From: Octopus sinensis
Lineage: Eukaryota
Direction of reading: 5' to 3'
DNA length: 64,000 nucleotides
Assembly (NCBI RefSeq): GCF_006345805.1
Contig: NC_043000.1
Span: 133,176,001 to 133,240,000 of the forward strand
Part shown: one piece after another, positions 49,068-63,045 of the stretch
Layout: each line of letters opens with the position of its first letter
Position numbering within the stretch: position 1 is the stretch's first letter
Notes under the pieces: model-generated
The model's input: the letters and a program-made list of their open reading frames with translations, nothing else
Database searches by the model: none
What the model was told of the DNA's origin: nothing
Made by a program: the position numbers and the translations under genes

Positions 49068-49545
49068 TCATCATCATCATCGTTTAACATCCGCTTTCCA
49101 TGCTAGCATGGTTTGGATGATTTTGACTGAGGGCTGGTGAACCAGATGGCTGCACCAGGCTCCAAACTTGTTCTGGCAGAGTTTCTACAGCCGGATGCCT
49201 TTCCTAACGCCAACCACTTTGAGAGTGTAGTGGGTGCTTTTTACATGCCACCAGCATGAGGCCAGTCAGGCGGTACTGGCAATGACCTCGTTCGAATCTT
49301 TTTACACATGTCACTGGCACAGGTGCCAGTAAAGTGACGCTGGTAACGATCATGCTCGAATGGTGCCTTTTACGTGCCACCGACACGAAAGCCAGTTAGC
49401 CGCTCTGGCAATGATCACGCTCAGATGGTGCTCTTGGCACCCTACTAGCACAGGCACAAGTGCTAGTAAGGCGACGCTGGTAACGATCACACTCGAATGG
49501 TGCCTTTTATGTGCCACTGGCAGATGTGCCAGTTAGCCACTCTGT
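49068..49545 (-). mobile_element. Family C with multiple subrepeats
   Basis: Sequence match to other copies. Confidence 0.87.
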
Positions 49546-49837
49546 ATATATATGATCAAAAGCATTCCAGTCATGTTGGTACAGTTTTTTTATACAAACT
49601 TTGTGAATGAAGGACTAAATTATTCAATATAACTGTTTTGAAAGATGTGATTTGAAGGAGATTTAACTGTTATTTCTAACAGCCTGATTGACTTTATAGA
49701 AGCTCTCTCATGCTGGTACTTGGTGAATGAGTCTGATACAGACACACATTCATATTTATATGTCAAACACATCTTAAAAGCTGATATGTTCAGAGATGTA
49801 CATACATACTCACAAAATTGCACACATACACACATAT

Positions 49838-49869
<32 letters not shown>

Positions 49870-49939
49870 GTACGTACATACATACATAAGTTCATGAATC
49901 TCTGTCAGTTTTTATCCACAGAACTACCAGCTCATCATG

Positions 49940-50336
49940 TGGTTGCGTGGTTAAGAAATTTTCTACCCAACTACATGCTTTCAGGTTCAGTCCCACTGCA
50001 TGGTGGTACCTTGGGCAAGTGTCTTCTACTGTAGCTCTGGGCCAACCAAAGCCTTCTGGATGGAAACTGAAAGAAGCCCCTTGTATATGTATATAAATGT
50101 ATGTGGGTGTGTGCTTGTCTCTCCTTAGTTTGATATCATGTGATTGTTGGAAATGAATGTCATTCATTTCCAATATTCTGTGAAAACATGTCTGGTCATG
50201 GGGAAACATTACATTGCTTGGAAACAGGTAAGGGTTGGCATCAGGAAAAGCACCCAGCAATAGAAAATATGCTTCAATAAATTTTGTCCAACCCATGCAA
50301 GCATGGAAAAGTGGACATTAAAACAATAATGATGAT
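49940..50336 (+). mobile_element. SINE with a family B-type head and a family C-type tail
   Basis: ggttcagtcccactgcatgg...ggaaactgaaagaagcc head; aacccatgcaagcatggaaaagtggacattaa-(GAT) tail. Confidence 0.65.
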
Positions 50337-50420
50337 GTCTGAGTATTCCATGAACAACATGATACAATGTATGACAAGACTAATTCTATGGTTATTTAGT
50401 AGAGTTGTATAACCAGCTGA

Positions 50421-50798
50421 GGTGCAATGGCCCAGTGGTTAGGGCAGCGGGCTCACAGACTTAGGATTGCGGTTTCAATTCCCAGACCAGCTGTTGTGAG
50501 TGTTTATTAAGCGAAAACACCTAAAGCTCCACAGGGCTCCAGCAGGGGGTGGTGGTGAACCCTGCTGTACTCTTTCACCACAACTTTCTCTCACTCTTTC
50601 TTCCTGTTTCTGTTGTACCTGTATTTCAAAGGGCCAGCCTTGTCACACTCTGTATCACACTGAATCTCCCTGAGAACTACTTTAAGGGTTCACGTGTCTG
50701 TGGAGTACTCAGCCACTTGTACGTTAATTTCATGAGCAGGCTGTTCCATTGATCAGCTCAACTGGAACGCTCGTCGTCGTAACCGATGGAGTTCCACC
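50421..50798 (+). mobile_element. SINE family D with 12-bp TSD
   Basis: ATAACCAGCTGA at 50409-50420 and 50799-50810; A/B boxes in the head. Confidence 0.92.
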
Positions 50799-52829
50799 AT
50801 AACCAGCTGAATATTCGTTTTCAAATGGATAGGAAGGAGTTACTGTGACAAAAAATAATATAATTTGAGTTATGCAAAAAAAATAAATAAATAATTGAAA
50901 AATAAATAAATTCAAGAAAACCAATACTAAATCTAAAATAGCTGGACAGAGACTGAGTAGGAAAAAAGTTTTAAAACAAATTGAGAAATTGCATGTAAAG
51001 GGTGTTTGAAAGATAGAACCACAATATACTGGAAAGAAATGAACATACCTGAATGATTAATCATTCATCATGTAAATATATTTCCTGTCACTAGAAGCTA
51101 ATGTGGTGCCAGTTGAAAAATTTGAAAAACTTCTAGTGAGTCACACCAGAAGACCTTCTAGTTCATAGAAAACTATACAAAGAATATGCATATAATGTAA
51201 TGTTATGTATGTATATATATATAATTCATAGAAAAATACAGTGTATATTATTCATAGAATAATATATATTATTCTATTGACTAATTTTTCCTTCCTGCTA
51301 GACCACTGGTAGCAAAGAATTTTTCTAAAATTTTTTTTGCTACCCTTAGATTTATTAATATTATATATATATATATATATATAATGTATATATGGCTGGA
51401 TGCATGTCTTTATGTAATATATGTAATAAAAATGTCATATAAGCCTTTTGTGGCTTATTGGGTAGCCGAACCATACATACTTTGTCTTCGTGTAGACAGT
51501 TGATGACATGTCAGCACTGTAGAGCTCACCTATCTCCAGAGTATTGACTATGACTGGAAATTTCAAGTACAAAGTACAAAAGAAGTATAATACTAACCTG
51601 CTTGTGTACTTTTATTTTTGGGTGTATGAATTGTCATGATAAGTTACCAGATAGGCAATTGTAGGGTTGGTAGAATCATCATCATCATCAGCAGCAGCAG
51701 CAGGAGCAGGAGCAGGTGCAGCATTTAACATCTGTGTTCCATGCTAGCATGGGTTGGATGGTTTGACAGGATCCAATGTGTCCAAGGATTGTATCGTGCT
51801 TCAGTATCTGCTTTGGCATGGCTTCTATGGTTGGATGCCCTTTTTAATGTCTACAACTTTTCGGAATAGACTGAGAGCTTTTTTTGTGCCAGTTGTGCTC
51901 TTGAGGTTGCCATGCAACCACAAATACTAGAGAGGGTCTCAGCCTCATGCCAGGGGACAAAAGGATTGAATTATGAGAAGGTAAAGCAGAGCAGGTTCTA
52001 GTAGAGAATCTGCATGGCTACTCAGATCTAAAAGGGAAAGGGGAGAAAAAAAAGAAAATAGACAGTAGGTGCTGTAAGAGATAGATAATGACAATGAGGT
52101 GCCCAGGTAGTCCCATGAGGAACAGAATGAGTTGAAGGAGGAATTTCAACCATGTTTCGTGGTCTTCTACCACAACAGCTCCTTTATAGGATCCAGTTAG
52201 CTCAAGACATCATCAGGAGGAACCATTTTGACGTGGTGCCCCCCCAACCTTTCGGAAGTGTCTTCAACTCTGGTGTTGGGTGCATGTCTTCTTTCTTCAT
52301 CTTTCTTCTGTTCCCTGGCCTCTTCGATGTAGTGTCAACAAGTGTTGATGAAGAATGAGAGGATGGGGAGGCAGACTAACAAAATGAGAAAGGTCAAAGG
52401 GTGGATGAGCAAGGAGCCATGGATTAGGGAAGATAGAAGAATGTTGAAGAGAGTAGGGTGGGGTGAGCAGCAGTAGTAAACATAATATAGTTGTCAAGGG
52501 GAGGAAAGGAGAGAGACGAGGCTGGGTGGTCTGTAGAAGCTGAAGGGGTGAAGAAGAGGGAGATCAAATGCATGGGAAGAAGGATGAGTCACTGTAACAT
52601 GGGTGGCGAGCACAATTCATAGCACTTTCACTGACAAGGACAGGTCTCACATCACCAGAGATTTGGGGTTATTTTGTCATCTACTCACTCAGGTTCAGGA
52701 TCCTGGGATCAGCCTGAACCACTTCATCCCATATCTTCCTGGGTTGCCATCATTTGCAAGTTCTGGTCACAATTAGCATATATCTATGTGTGTGTATGTA
52801 ATCATATTTAACACATATCTAACACTGGC

Positions 52830-53085
52830 TTCCATGCTGGTGGCACGTAAAAAGCACCAAGCAATCGCTGCTGTTGCCAGCCTCGTCTGGTACCTGTGCC
52901 GGTGGCACATAAAAGGCACCCACTACACTCACGGAGTGGTTGGCATTAGGAAGAGCATCCAGCTGTAGAAACACTGCCAGATCAGACTGGAGCCTGGTGC
53001 AGCCTCCTGGCTTCCCAGACCCTGGTCAAACCGTCCAATCCATGCTAGCATGGAAAACGGACATTAAACAATGATGATGATGATG
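52830..53085 (+). mobile_element. Family C fragment
   Basis: Conserved 3' end and (GAT)n. Confidence 0.85.
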
Positions 53086-53351
53086 TGTACTCTCAGATGT
53101 AGGAAATAGTCTCAATAAAAAATTCTAGTAGACAATATACATGAAGACTCATAATTAGGCTGCAAACGATGTCATCAGATGGTAAGATACATTCATTTCT
53201 GCATTGTTATTGCTTCATCAGCTGCAAGTAACAAATCTGTCATCCATAGCCCTGTAAAAACAATTGTTCCTTTACATAAGAAAAGCAGATAGTACATTTG
53301 CTGATATGTGCAAAGCTTAGGCAACCTAGAATTAATTAATTGGAGGCACAG

Positions 53352-53388
<37 letters not shown>

Positions 53389-53767
53389 TTCATTCTCCAC
53401 TGCTTCATGCACAACTCACACACACACACACATTTAGCACCAGTACTATTTGGAATTTATAGCACGAACACTATTTTGCCCTTACTTAACCTTAAACTGT
53501 TGGTGGTATAATTCAATACTATAAACAATAACAGGATGCTCATCACATGACTCTCACTGGACCTCTCTCATGTGTTTTTCTTTATCCGTTCCTACCAGCA
53601 GTAGCACCACCATCACCGTTAACCACAATCTCTAGAATTCCATCTATGTTTATGTTCTTCCATGATTCAAACTTATCCGTAAATGTATTATCATTTGGTT
53701 ATCTAGGAAAAACGGAAAAGGAAATGGACGTTACCTCTACTTTCACTGGTTAACTAAGTTTGAAAAA

Positions 53768-54210
53768 TCATCATCGTCGTCGTCATCGTCGTTGTCATCA
53801 TCGTCGTCGTCGTCGTCGTCGTCATCATCGTTGTTGTCATCGTCATCGTCATCATCATTATCATCATTGTCGTCATCATCGTCGTTGTCGTCGTCGTCAT
53901 CGTCATCATCATCGTCGTTGTCATCGTCATCGTCATTGTCAATGTTGTTGTCATTGTCGTCATTGTCATCGTTGTCATCATCATCATCATCGTCGTCGTC
54001 GTCATCATTGTCGTCATCGTCGTCGTCATCGTCATCATTGTCGTTGTCATCGTCATCGTCATTGTCAATGTTGTTGTCGTTGTCATCATCATCATCCTCA
54101 TCATCATCATCGCCATCATCATCATCATCATTGTCGTCATCATCGTCGTTGTCGTCGTCGTCGTTGTTGCCGTCGTCATTGTTGTTGCCATCGTCATCAT
54201 CATCATCATT
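53768..54210. repeat. Degenerate (TCA/TCG/TTG)n trinucleotide array
   Basis: Direct reading; produces the poly-His/Arg, poly-Ser and poly-Met/Thr ORFs. Confidence 0.95.
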
Positions 54211-54476
54211 CTCTCATTGTCACAATTATCACCTGCTTCATCATTAACACATTGTCACCACTACTTCTGGCCCCACCCACCACCATCACTGTTATTCACA
54301 TTGACAAGCCAATGCTGGAGCTCTGTATGGATCTCCTTCAAATCAAGTTATCCTCTTGAAAAGAGAAGCATTACATGAGATAATGTAATTTAAGTTATAC
54401 AGAAATATGAGATGATTATGGCTGGAACACTTTTGGCTATAAGTTTTCTCCAACAGTGCCAACCAGGATCTCAACA

Positions 54477-55020
54477 ATCATCATCATCATCATCATCGTT
54501 TAACGTCCGCTTTCCATGCTAGCATGGATTGGACGATTTGACTGAGGACTGGCAAACCAGATGACTGCACCAGGCTCCAATCTTGATCTGGCAGAGTTTC
54601 TACAGCTGGATGCCCTTTCTAATGCCAGTCACTTCGAGAGTGTAGTGGGTGCTTTTACTTGCCAATGGCACGAGGGCCAGTCAAGCAGTACTGGCAACGG
54701 CCACGCTCAAATGGTGTTTTTTATGTGCCACCTTCACAGGAGCCAGTCCAGCGGCACTGGCAATGACCTCGCTTGAATATTTTTTCATGTGCCACCAGTA
54801 CAAGTGCCAGTAAGGCGACACTGGTAACAATCACGCTTTTAATGGTGCTTTTTACATGTCACCAGCACGGAAGCCAGTTAGCCGCCTGGCAACAATCATG
54901 CTCGGATGATGCTCTTAGCGCTCCACTAGCACGGATGCCAGTCATCGAATTTGATTTCGATTTCACTTGCCTCAACAGGTCTTCACAAGCAAAGTTTAGT
55001 GTCCAATGAAAGAAAGGTAC
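54477..55020 (-). mobile_element. Family C with multiple subrepeats
   Basis: Sequence match to other copies. Confidence 0.87.
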
Positions 55021-55353
55021 GCACAATAGATACAACAAATATCATCGTAATTATCAGAATTTTTGTTACTTTCATTATCATTAAGAGTGTAGTATATAGC
55101 TGTATGGTTGAAAAGTTCCCTTTGAAACTGCATAGTTCTAGGTTTAATCCCATTGCATGTCAGCTTGAGCAAGTATTTTCACCGTAGTCTCAGATTGACT
55201 AATATTTTTTGAGTGAAATTTAGTTGACTGGTTGCAAATTACTGAATACATGCTGCTTGTGACTTTTACCATTAAACCAATAATAGGAATTCTCAAAAGA
55301 TTCTGTGTACTAAATGTCAGCTTCCATTCTTAATTGAATATTGAAAGTTTGTA

Positions 55354-55552
55354 CAGGGTGTCCATAAATTATCCTTACAAGTACCACAATTTATTGTGTA
55401 TATGTGTTGCATGTAACTAATGGAACATTCTCATATTTCTAATAAAACTTTATTTATTTGCCTATGTTTTTCAATAAACTATGCTGAGTTGTCCTTATTT
55501 TTCATCTTTTGATAAATTTTTCAAATTGTAAAGGTAATTTATGGACAACCTC
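55354..55552. mobile_element. Tc1/mariner-type MITE
   Basis: TA|CAGGGTGTCCATAAATTATCCTTACA...TGTAAAGGTAATTTATGGACAACCTC. Confidence 0.7.
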
Positions 55553-55589
55553 TTTTATTTTTATTTTTTCAGGGTAAAGTTTTTTCAGG

Positions 55590-55835
55590 GTAAAGTTCCT
55601 TCCCAAGGAAGGACACAGACTCAAGGCCAGTTTCCCAGTTTCCATGGCATATGGATTCCCCACCTGGACAAGATGCTGGTCCATTGCAGGGTTACTTATT
55701 TTTGCCAGCTGAGTGGACTGGAGTAATGTGAAATGAAGTGTTTTGCTCAAGAACACAAGACATCACCTGATCTAGGAATTGAATCCACAATCTTAGAGAT
55801 CATGAGTCCAACACCCTAACCACTAAGCCATGTGC
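55590..55835 (-). mobile_element. tRNA-derived SINE (same family as 17566-17812)
   Basis: Reverse-complement match. Confidence 0.78.
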
Positions 55836-56414
55836 CTCTACTTTTTCAGAGTTGCTAGAAAGTAATTTATGAAAATGTAGATTTTGGTTATGGAAAAAAA
55901 AAAAAAACTGTCTTTTATTTTTTCATGTTTGTAAATAATTTCAATTCTGATAACATTTATATAGTCAGCTTTATTAGCAATTTTGCCATAATAATGTATA
56001 AAATACCACAGCTGATTAAATTATTAATAAGATAGATTGTTGACCAATAGGTCAATGGCTTGTATCTGGTCACTATTGCTTGCTTTGTTTTACATCAAAT
56101 CTCAATGACCCAGTAGTATTTTTGGTAAAATAGGTATTGTAAGAAGTACAGCTTCTTTCAGAAGTCAGTACAAATATACCAAAACAAAATGCATGTATGT
56201 ATTGTTGTTATTTGTGTATAATGTGAGAAATTTAATACAACATATCAGGATCAGAACTGATGGATAAGAAATATACTCAAATGTAAAACTAAAAAAGAAA
56301 ACAACAAGGGGATGAAATATATTGTTGATTTATAGGTACAAAATGTAGGGATGCATTATATTTGAGATCACATGATAGTTTAGTGGGTACAATATGTACA
56401 CACACACACACACA

Positions 56415-56460
<46 letters not shown>

Positions 56461-57026
56461 CACACACACACAACACACACAATGGGCTTCTTTCAGTTTC
56501 CATTTACCAAATTCGTAGCTATGTGGTACTACGTGCAGTATTTTGACTAAACGTCTTCTCAGCAGAGCCTTGGGTTGACAAATACTTTTTGAATGGAATT
56601 TGTGGACAGAAATTTTATAGACCCCTACTGCGTGTGTGTGGGGTGGGGTGGGGTGGATGTGTGTGGGTGTGTGTGTGTGTGTGCGTGTGTGTGCATGTGT
56701 CTCTTCTACCAGTGTTTTTATTTCAAAGAGTATACAAAGATTCATGAGCCCAAAAATACCAAAAAAACTGGTATTGCATGAATGAAATTTAACATCTATT
56801 TTATCATTCCAGCATAGGTTCAGATGCTCAATTATTTAAGGTAGGACTTTTCTGACACATGCTGTTCCTGTTGCAACCCTTGCTTGTTTTCAAATAAGGG
56901 TTTTGTTTTAATGCAGATGTCTACAAAAGCACAGAGCAACCAATCATAATATCAACATGGAATATAAGTATCACCACCACTTTGTTGACAAGCATGAAAT
57001 ATCAACATTCACACATGCACACACAC

Positions 57027-57085
<59 letters not shown>

Positions 57086-57396
57086 TACATACACACATGC
57101 ATGCATACATGTTTACATACACACTCATATATATTTATGATCAGCCTCCTGCAGGTTCTGTCAGTCAGGTTCTCTCACAAGGCGTTGGTCAGCCTGTGGC
57201 TATAGTAGAAGACACTTAACTAAGGTGCTGTATAGTGGAATCAAATCCAAAAATTATGTGTTTGTGAAGCAACCTCCTTAACTCCACAGCCATGCTGTAC
57301 CAATCCTGATAAAAATTTGCTACGAGTTACAAACAATCCGTCATCATTTTACATCATCAGAAATACAACAAACTAATGATTTGTTTACTGGATCGC

Positions 57397-58075
57397 CATC
57401 ATCATCATCATTTAACGTCTGCTTTCCATGCTAGCATGGGTTGGACGGTTTGACTGAGGACTGGTGAACCAGATGGCTGTGCCAGGCTCCAATCTGATCT
57501 GGCAGAGTTTCTACAGCTGGATGCCCTTCCTAACGCCAACCACTCCAAGAGTGTCATGGGTGCTTTTACGTACCACCAGCACAAGGGCCAGTCTGGTGGT
57601 ACTGGCAACGGCCACGCTCGAGATGGTGTTTTATACGTGCCACCTGCACAGGAGTCAGTCCAGCGGCACTGGCAATGACCTCGCTTGAATGTTTTGTTAA
57701 CGTGCCACCGGCACAAGTGTCAGTAAGGTGACACTGGTAATGATCACACTCAAATGGTGCTTTTTTATGTGCCACCAGCACGGAAGCCAGACAGCTGCTC
57801 TGGCAGTGATCCTGCTCAGATGGAGCTGTAAGCGCTCCACTGGCACGGGTGACAGTCATCGAATTTGGTTCAATTCCAATTTCACTTGCCCCAACAGGTC
57901 TTCGCAAGCAGAGTTTAGTGTCCAATGAAGGGAGGTTGGCATGGGTGCCAGTCGTCGAATTTGGTTTGATTTTGAATTCAATTTTGATTTCACTTGCCAC
58001 ATCAGGTCTTCACAAGCAGAGTTTTGTGTCCAAAGAAGGAAAGGTATGCATAAGTGGGCTGGTTACATCCCTGGT
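57397..58075 (-). mobile_element. Longest family C copy, with an expanded subrepeat region
   Basis: Repeated gtgccacc.gcac blocks and a duplicated gtc.tcgaatttgg...gtgtccaa.gaagg block. Confidence 0.87.
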
Positions 58076-58280
58076 AAAGGCCATAAAGGCTATAACAAAG
58101 AATGTTATTGCTCATAAATTCTTTCTAATTTAAAATAAGGTCATCAGTTTTCAGGGCAGGAGGCAAATTGATGGCATCAATCCCAGTACTTGATTGGTAA
58201 TTTTGCTTTATCAACCTTGAAAGGATAAAACACAAAACTGACCTTCGCAATATTTGGACTCAGAATATAAAGAAAGGAAT

Positions 58281-58672
58281 ATAGGCACAGGAGTGGCTGT
58301 GTGGTAAGTAGCTTGTTTACCAACCACATGGTTCCGGGTTCAGTCCCACTGCGCGGAACCCTGGGCAAGTGTCTTCTACTATAGCCTCGGGCCGACCAAA
58401 GCCTTGTAAGTGGATTTGGTAGACGGAAACTAAAAGAAGCCCATTGTATATATGTATATATGTATGTGTGTGTTTGTCCCCGTAGCATTGCTTGACAACT
58501 GATGCTGGTGTGTTTATGTCCCCGTCACTTAGCGGTTTGGCAAAAGAGACTGATAGAATAAGTACTGGGCTTACAAAAAATAAGTCCCGGGGTCGAGTTG
58601 CTCGATTAAAGGTGGTGCTCCAGCATGGCCGCAGTCAAATGACTGAAACAAGTAAAAGAGAGAGTAAAGAGT
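58281..58672 (+). mobile_element. SINE family B
   Basis: ataggcacaggagtggc...aagtaaaagagagagtaaagag. Confidence 0.9.
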
Positions 58673-59125
58673 AAAGGAAAAAAAAAATGCCACTAAGCAT
58701 TTTGTTTAACAAGCCAACAATGTTGCAGCTTGCTGCCTTGTTATTGCTTGTAAAGTGCAATATAAAATAAATGAACAAAATAAAATAATAAGTAGTGGAT
58801 GGGGTCGATATAACCATCTAAAATATTTGGCCAAAGTCCAATGACTGGAACTAGTAGAAGGGTGATAGTATATAATTTATTTGTCAGAAAGTGACAAGTT
58901 ATTGCTCGTAGTTATCTTGTTGTTTTCTGAGCTGAACTTAAACCACACATGGATTCTTTAACAAAGAATTGTAATTGACATTCAAAAAATGGTAAGTCCA
59001 TTTTGCATGAGAACTGATGATGAGCATAATTATGCACTACACCAGTGTTTCAGTAAATAAATTTGTTTATTCTCAAAATTTGTATTCAACAAATCAGCAT
59101 TTTTATTTTAATAAATGTAAATTAG

Positions 59126-59176
59126 ATAAAGAACACAGACAGCCAAGTTGATAGATCACTAAACAATGGCCAAGAG
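59126..59176 (+). CDS. Candidate 51-nt exon (IKNTDSQVDRSLNNGQE)
   Basis: ag|ATA...GAG|gtaagt, phase 0-0, single open frame; acceptor weak. Confidence 0.25.
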
Positions 59177-59233
59177 GTAAGTGGTTTGTCTGTATTATGT
59201 TGCCAGTACAATACTATGCTCATGGACAAGAAT

Positions 59234-59610
59234 TTAACCTTTACAAGACCATATTTCTAATGGATTTTCATACATCTAGGGATGCTCATACTTGAACAAC
59301 ATCACCTGTGTTGTATCCTAGATTCACTAATTATTTTGGGTCTAGCAAAATACACCTCAGGTAACCAAACCAAAGTTGATGAAAGATACAACCAGTCTGT
59401 TTCAGTCGACTTTGAAAATAATTATGAATTAGGAAAATAATTATGAATATAAACCACTTTTAAATTATTAAGCCTATAATTAAGCACATAACAGACAGCT
59501 CATAGATAATATTGTGCTGGAAGATTTTAATTAAAACCTGAACACTTTAAAATGTGGGTTTTTTGTATCATGAAACCAGAAGCAATATCAGGCAGTATCA
59601 AAAGAGTTAA
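59234..59610. mobile_element. Decayed TTAA MITE (family of 2634-2863)
   Basis: TTAA|CCTTTACAAGACC...GTATCAAAAGAG|TTAA; shared gtatcat.gaacca.g subterminal block. Confidence 0.6.
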
Positions 59611-60249
59611 TTCACAAAAGTTATGTTTACCTGACTCATAGAGATATAGTTCATTACAATAGGCAATCGTTACATTGTAGAATTGATTAAATCACTAAGC
59701 TTAGTGATTTAATCAATCCACCATTCTTAAACTCTATAGAACTGATGTCTCTTTCAAAGATATTTTTGACCAGGGTGGTTGGTATTAGGAAGGGCATCCA
59801 GCCATAGAAACCATGCCAAAACAGACACAGAAGTATGGTACAGTTATCTGCCTGGCCAGCTCCTGTCATATCATCCAACCCATACCAGCATGAAAGGAGG
59901 ACGATTATGATGAATCTAGCAACTGATTCAATATATCACACTAGTACAATCAACCAAATATTATAATCTATCTATAGGCATGAAAGTACTATATTATGTT
60001 TCATTCATAAGGTAAATGATGATATTCCACACCAGAAAAGGAGGTGTGAAAGTTAAGATAAGACCACCATAGCTTACATTCTGTGCATAACATCTTTCAG
60101 ATGAAGGTGACATACAAATGCTTTTATAATGAAAAGTTCTCAGATATTTAAGAAAAGCTCTCACCTCTCCTCCACCATATAGCTCCATTCAAGTACTCTT
60201 GACTCTCTCATCTTGAGTGCTTGACATGAATAATTAAGAATATCTGATA

Positions 60250-60560
60250 TTCAGGATATTACCAATTACCCTTTTGCAGAGTCCACTCTGTTGCAAGTAG
60301 TTTGATCTGGTCTACAGTTTGAGGTTATCTTCCTTCCTTCCACCAGTTTTGGAAGCCCTATAAAGGAACATAAGCACTGCCCTTATCTCCTGACTAAATG
60401 GTAAAAAGAATCTTGCTTTGCCTTAGTGGCACCCATATTGTGTCCTCTTCCTACCCTACATACCCACATTAACTATTCCATTCCGTCTTTCATTCCCAGA
60501 GCATTACCCCACTGGATTTTTCTTGCTGCCCATGTTTTTTCTGTAACCACCAACTTATTC
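60250..60560 (+). mobile_element. Degraded L2/Crack-like LINE C-terminus
   Basis: HINYSIPSFIPRALPHWIFLAAHVFS resembles the motif at 3120-3240. Confidence 0.35.
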
Positions 60561-61563
60561 TTTTATATTCAAGAGGAATATTATCTATGTCAATCTACAA
60601 AGTCCCTAGGCAAAACCCCTTCTTCCAGACCTTACCATAAGCCTTTCATGCTATATATATGTCGGTTAAAAAATCCCCCACAAATGAACTGAATGAACTT
60701 TTCAAGACACACATACATACTCATTACTCTGTATACCTCCAGTATTTAGACAAATATACACATAAATATACACACATAACACATGTATGTCTACCCCCAA
60801 ATGTTTATAAATACTCCCTTACAAAGATAAACTTCCATACACTCACTCCCCTAACACACATTCACCTTTGAACATACAATACTGTAATATCTCAAAGTAG
60901 TCTGCCATCCATGTAGCCCACATTCTTCAGTTACATTGAATATTTTACCAGAGTCACACCCATCATACACAGATTGTGGACTTAGCTATATGACTAAGTA
61001 ATAATATTACAATGGCCTTAGACTTTATACTAAATGACATTATAACAAAAAGGTAAAAGAAACAAAAAATAAATAGCAATCAAAGAAGAAAAAAGAAAAG
61101 GAAGAAAGATGTAAAAAATATTATTAAAAAACATTTTTTTTCTTTGATTTCTGATATTACTCATAGGAAATCTTTGTCATATTCTGTTGACTTAAAACTA
61201 GTTAGAAAACATTGGTTAGATCACTGTCTCATTGTGAATGAATGCAAACATTCATGTCTGATCTTTCATGTATTTTTCAAGACTATTTCTAGTGCATAGT
61301 ATCCTTTGAATGGCATTGGTAATGCTATTTTTAGAGAAGCATGATCAGGATATAAATTTGAGCCCTCTCTAGAAGTCTCTCCTTTCATTTGTCATTATTT
61401 TATTTATTCTTATTTCTTTTTTCATATTTCTGACTTTTTAAGATTAATTTCTCTGTTATAATTTTCCCTTTTGTAATATGTTCCATTTTCCCTTTTGTAA
61501 TATTTTGTTCCATTTTCTATCTTTTCTTTAACTTCATTTTCAAATATTAATTTTGTTTTTCAG

Positions 61564-61590
61564 ATTAAATGTAAGGTTTCAGATTTGTAA
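61564..61590 (+). CDS. Candidate terminal exon (IKCKVSDL*)
   Basis: Strong acceptor attaattttgtttttcag; in phase with the 59126-59176 candidate; too short to verify. Confidence 0.2.
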   Translation: MKCKVSDL

Positions 61591-62656
61591 TTTAATCGAA
61601 GTCTGATGCTGGAACTTTCAATATATTAGTGACCTATACACAGTGAAAGCTCTTGAAGCTGGATGCAAAATCAGTTTACAGACTTAGCTTGTCAACAGTG
61701 TCTCCTACATATAATACATCTTTATGAAAAGTACACAAGTCGTTAATAAGTGATTTGCTGCTATTAATAAATTTTTACCCAACCTGTCCACTATTTGTGA
61801 CATCAGTGATTTGTTAATCACTGTTTGTATAAATCAGTTGAGACAAAATTTTGACTAAGCGTGCAGTTGATAGTTTGATATTTGCTACTGATGATGCACA
61901 AATACACAGAAATCTCGGAGTCTAGCAATTTCACTGCTGCTGTTGGACACATTTCTTCTGCTACTGATGTGCTTCTCAGCACTATATGTCTATATGAAAT
62001 GCTTTCTCAAGACAAATCCTGCAATATTGTGGCTTTCATTTGATATAGCTACATTCAGTGAGATATAGAGATTGCTATTTAATATTTCTGTTTTAAAATA
62101 TCATTGTTAATTTTCAAGGTATTTTTGCAGCCAGAATCACATGCTTATTTATCAATTAATATGATAATATTATTAAGACTGAAATAATTTGCTTTTAACT
62201 GTAGAACTTGAAGTAGATAAAACTATAAATAACAACATGTAAATATTGGGTTAAAAACCCTCTGAATAGAAAATGTCAAAGGCTGCCTATGGGACCTGAA
62301 ACCACATCTTCTGTAACTATGACAGATGCTCTAACATTGTACCAAAGAAATCTTTTGAATGCCTCTATCTATTTTTGAGGCTTTCTTTTTACCGGCAAGA
62401 ATTGTATGTTGTTTACATCATGAGAATTTAGAAGCTTTGAGAGACATCAAATAATTCATTTTTAATGGTGGAATTCAAAGAAGATAAAGCAATAATCTTT
62501 TTTCTATTAGTAGCACAAGACCCAAATTTTTGGTGGAGTGGGACTTGGTTGATTACATTGACCCCAGTACTCAACTAGTACCTATTTTATTGATCCTTAA
62601 AGGATGAAAGGCAAAGTGTACCTCAGCGGAATTTGAACCTAGAAAGAAAAGATGAA

Positions 62657-63045
62657 CAGGAGTGGTTGTGTGGTAAGTAGCTTGCTTACCAACCACATGG
62701 TTCTGGGTTCAGTCCCACTGTGCGGCACCTTGGGCAAGTGTCTTCTACTATAGCCTCGGGCCGACCAAAGCTTTGTAAGTGGATTTGGTAGATGGAAACT
62801 GAAAGAAGCCCATCGTATATATTTATATATATATGTGTGTGTATGTTTGTGTGTCTGTGTTTGTTCCCCCACCATCGCTTGACAACCGGTGCTGGTCTGT
62901 TTACGGCCCCATCACTTAGTGGTTTGGCAAGAGAGACTGATAGAATAAGTACTAGGTTTACAAAGAATAAGTCTTGGGGGCGATTTGATTCGACTAAAGG
63001 CAGTGCTCCAGCATGGTCACAGTCAAATGACTGAAACAAGTAAAA
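62657..63045 (+). mobile_element. SINE family B variant
   Basis: Sequence match to other copies. Confidence 0.88.

Noticed and set aside
53182-53227. Minus-strand hammerhead-like CTGATGA...GAAA motif
   Set aside because: Only a 3-bp stem II, with stems I and III largely mismatched; not distinguishable from chance.
53694-53706. 13-nt match to miR-9 (TTTGGTTATCTAG)
   Set aside because: The match stops at 13 nt and there is no precursor hairpin.
53754-54359. His/Cys/Arg-rich, poly-Ser and poly-Met/Thr ORFs
   Set aside because: All are translations of one degenerate trinucleotide microsatellite.
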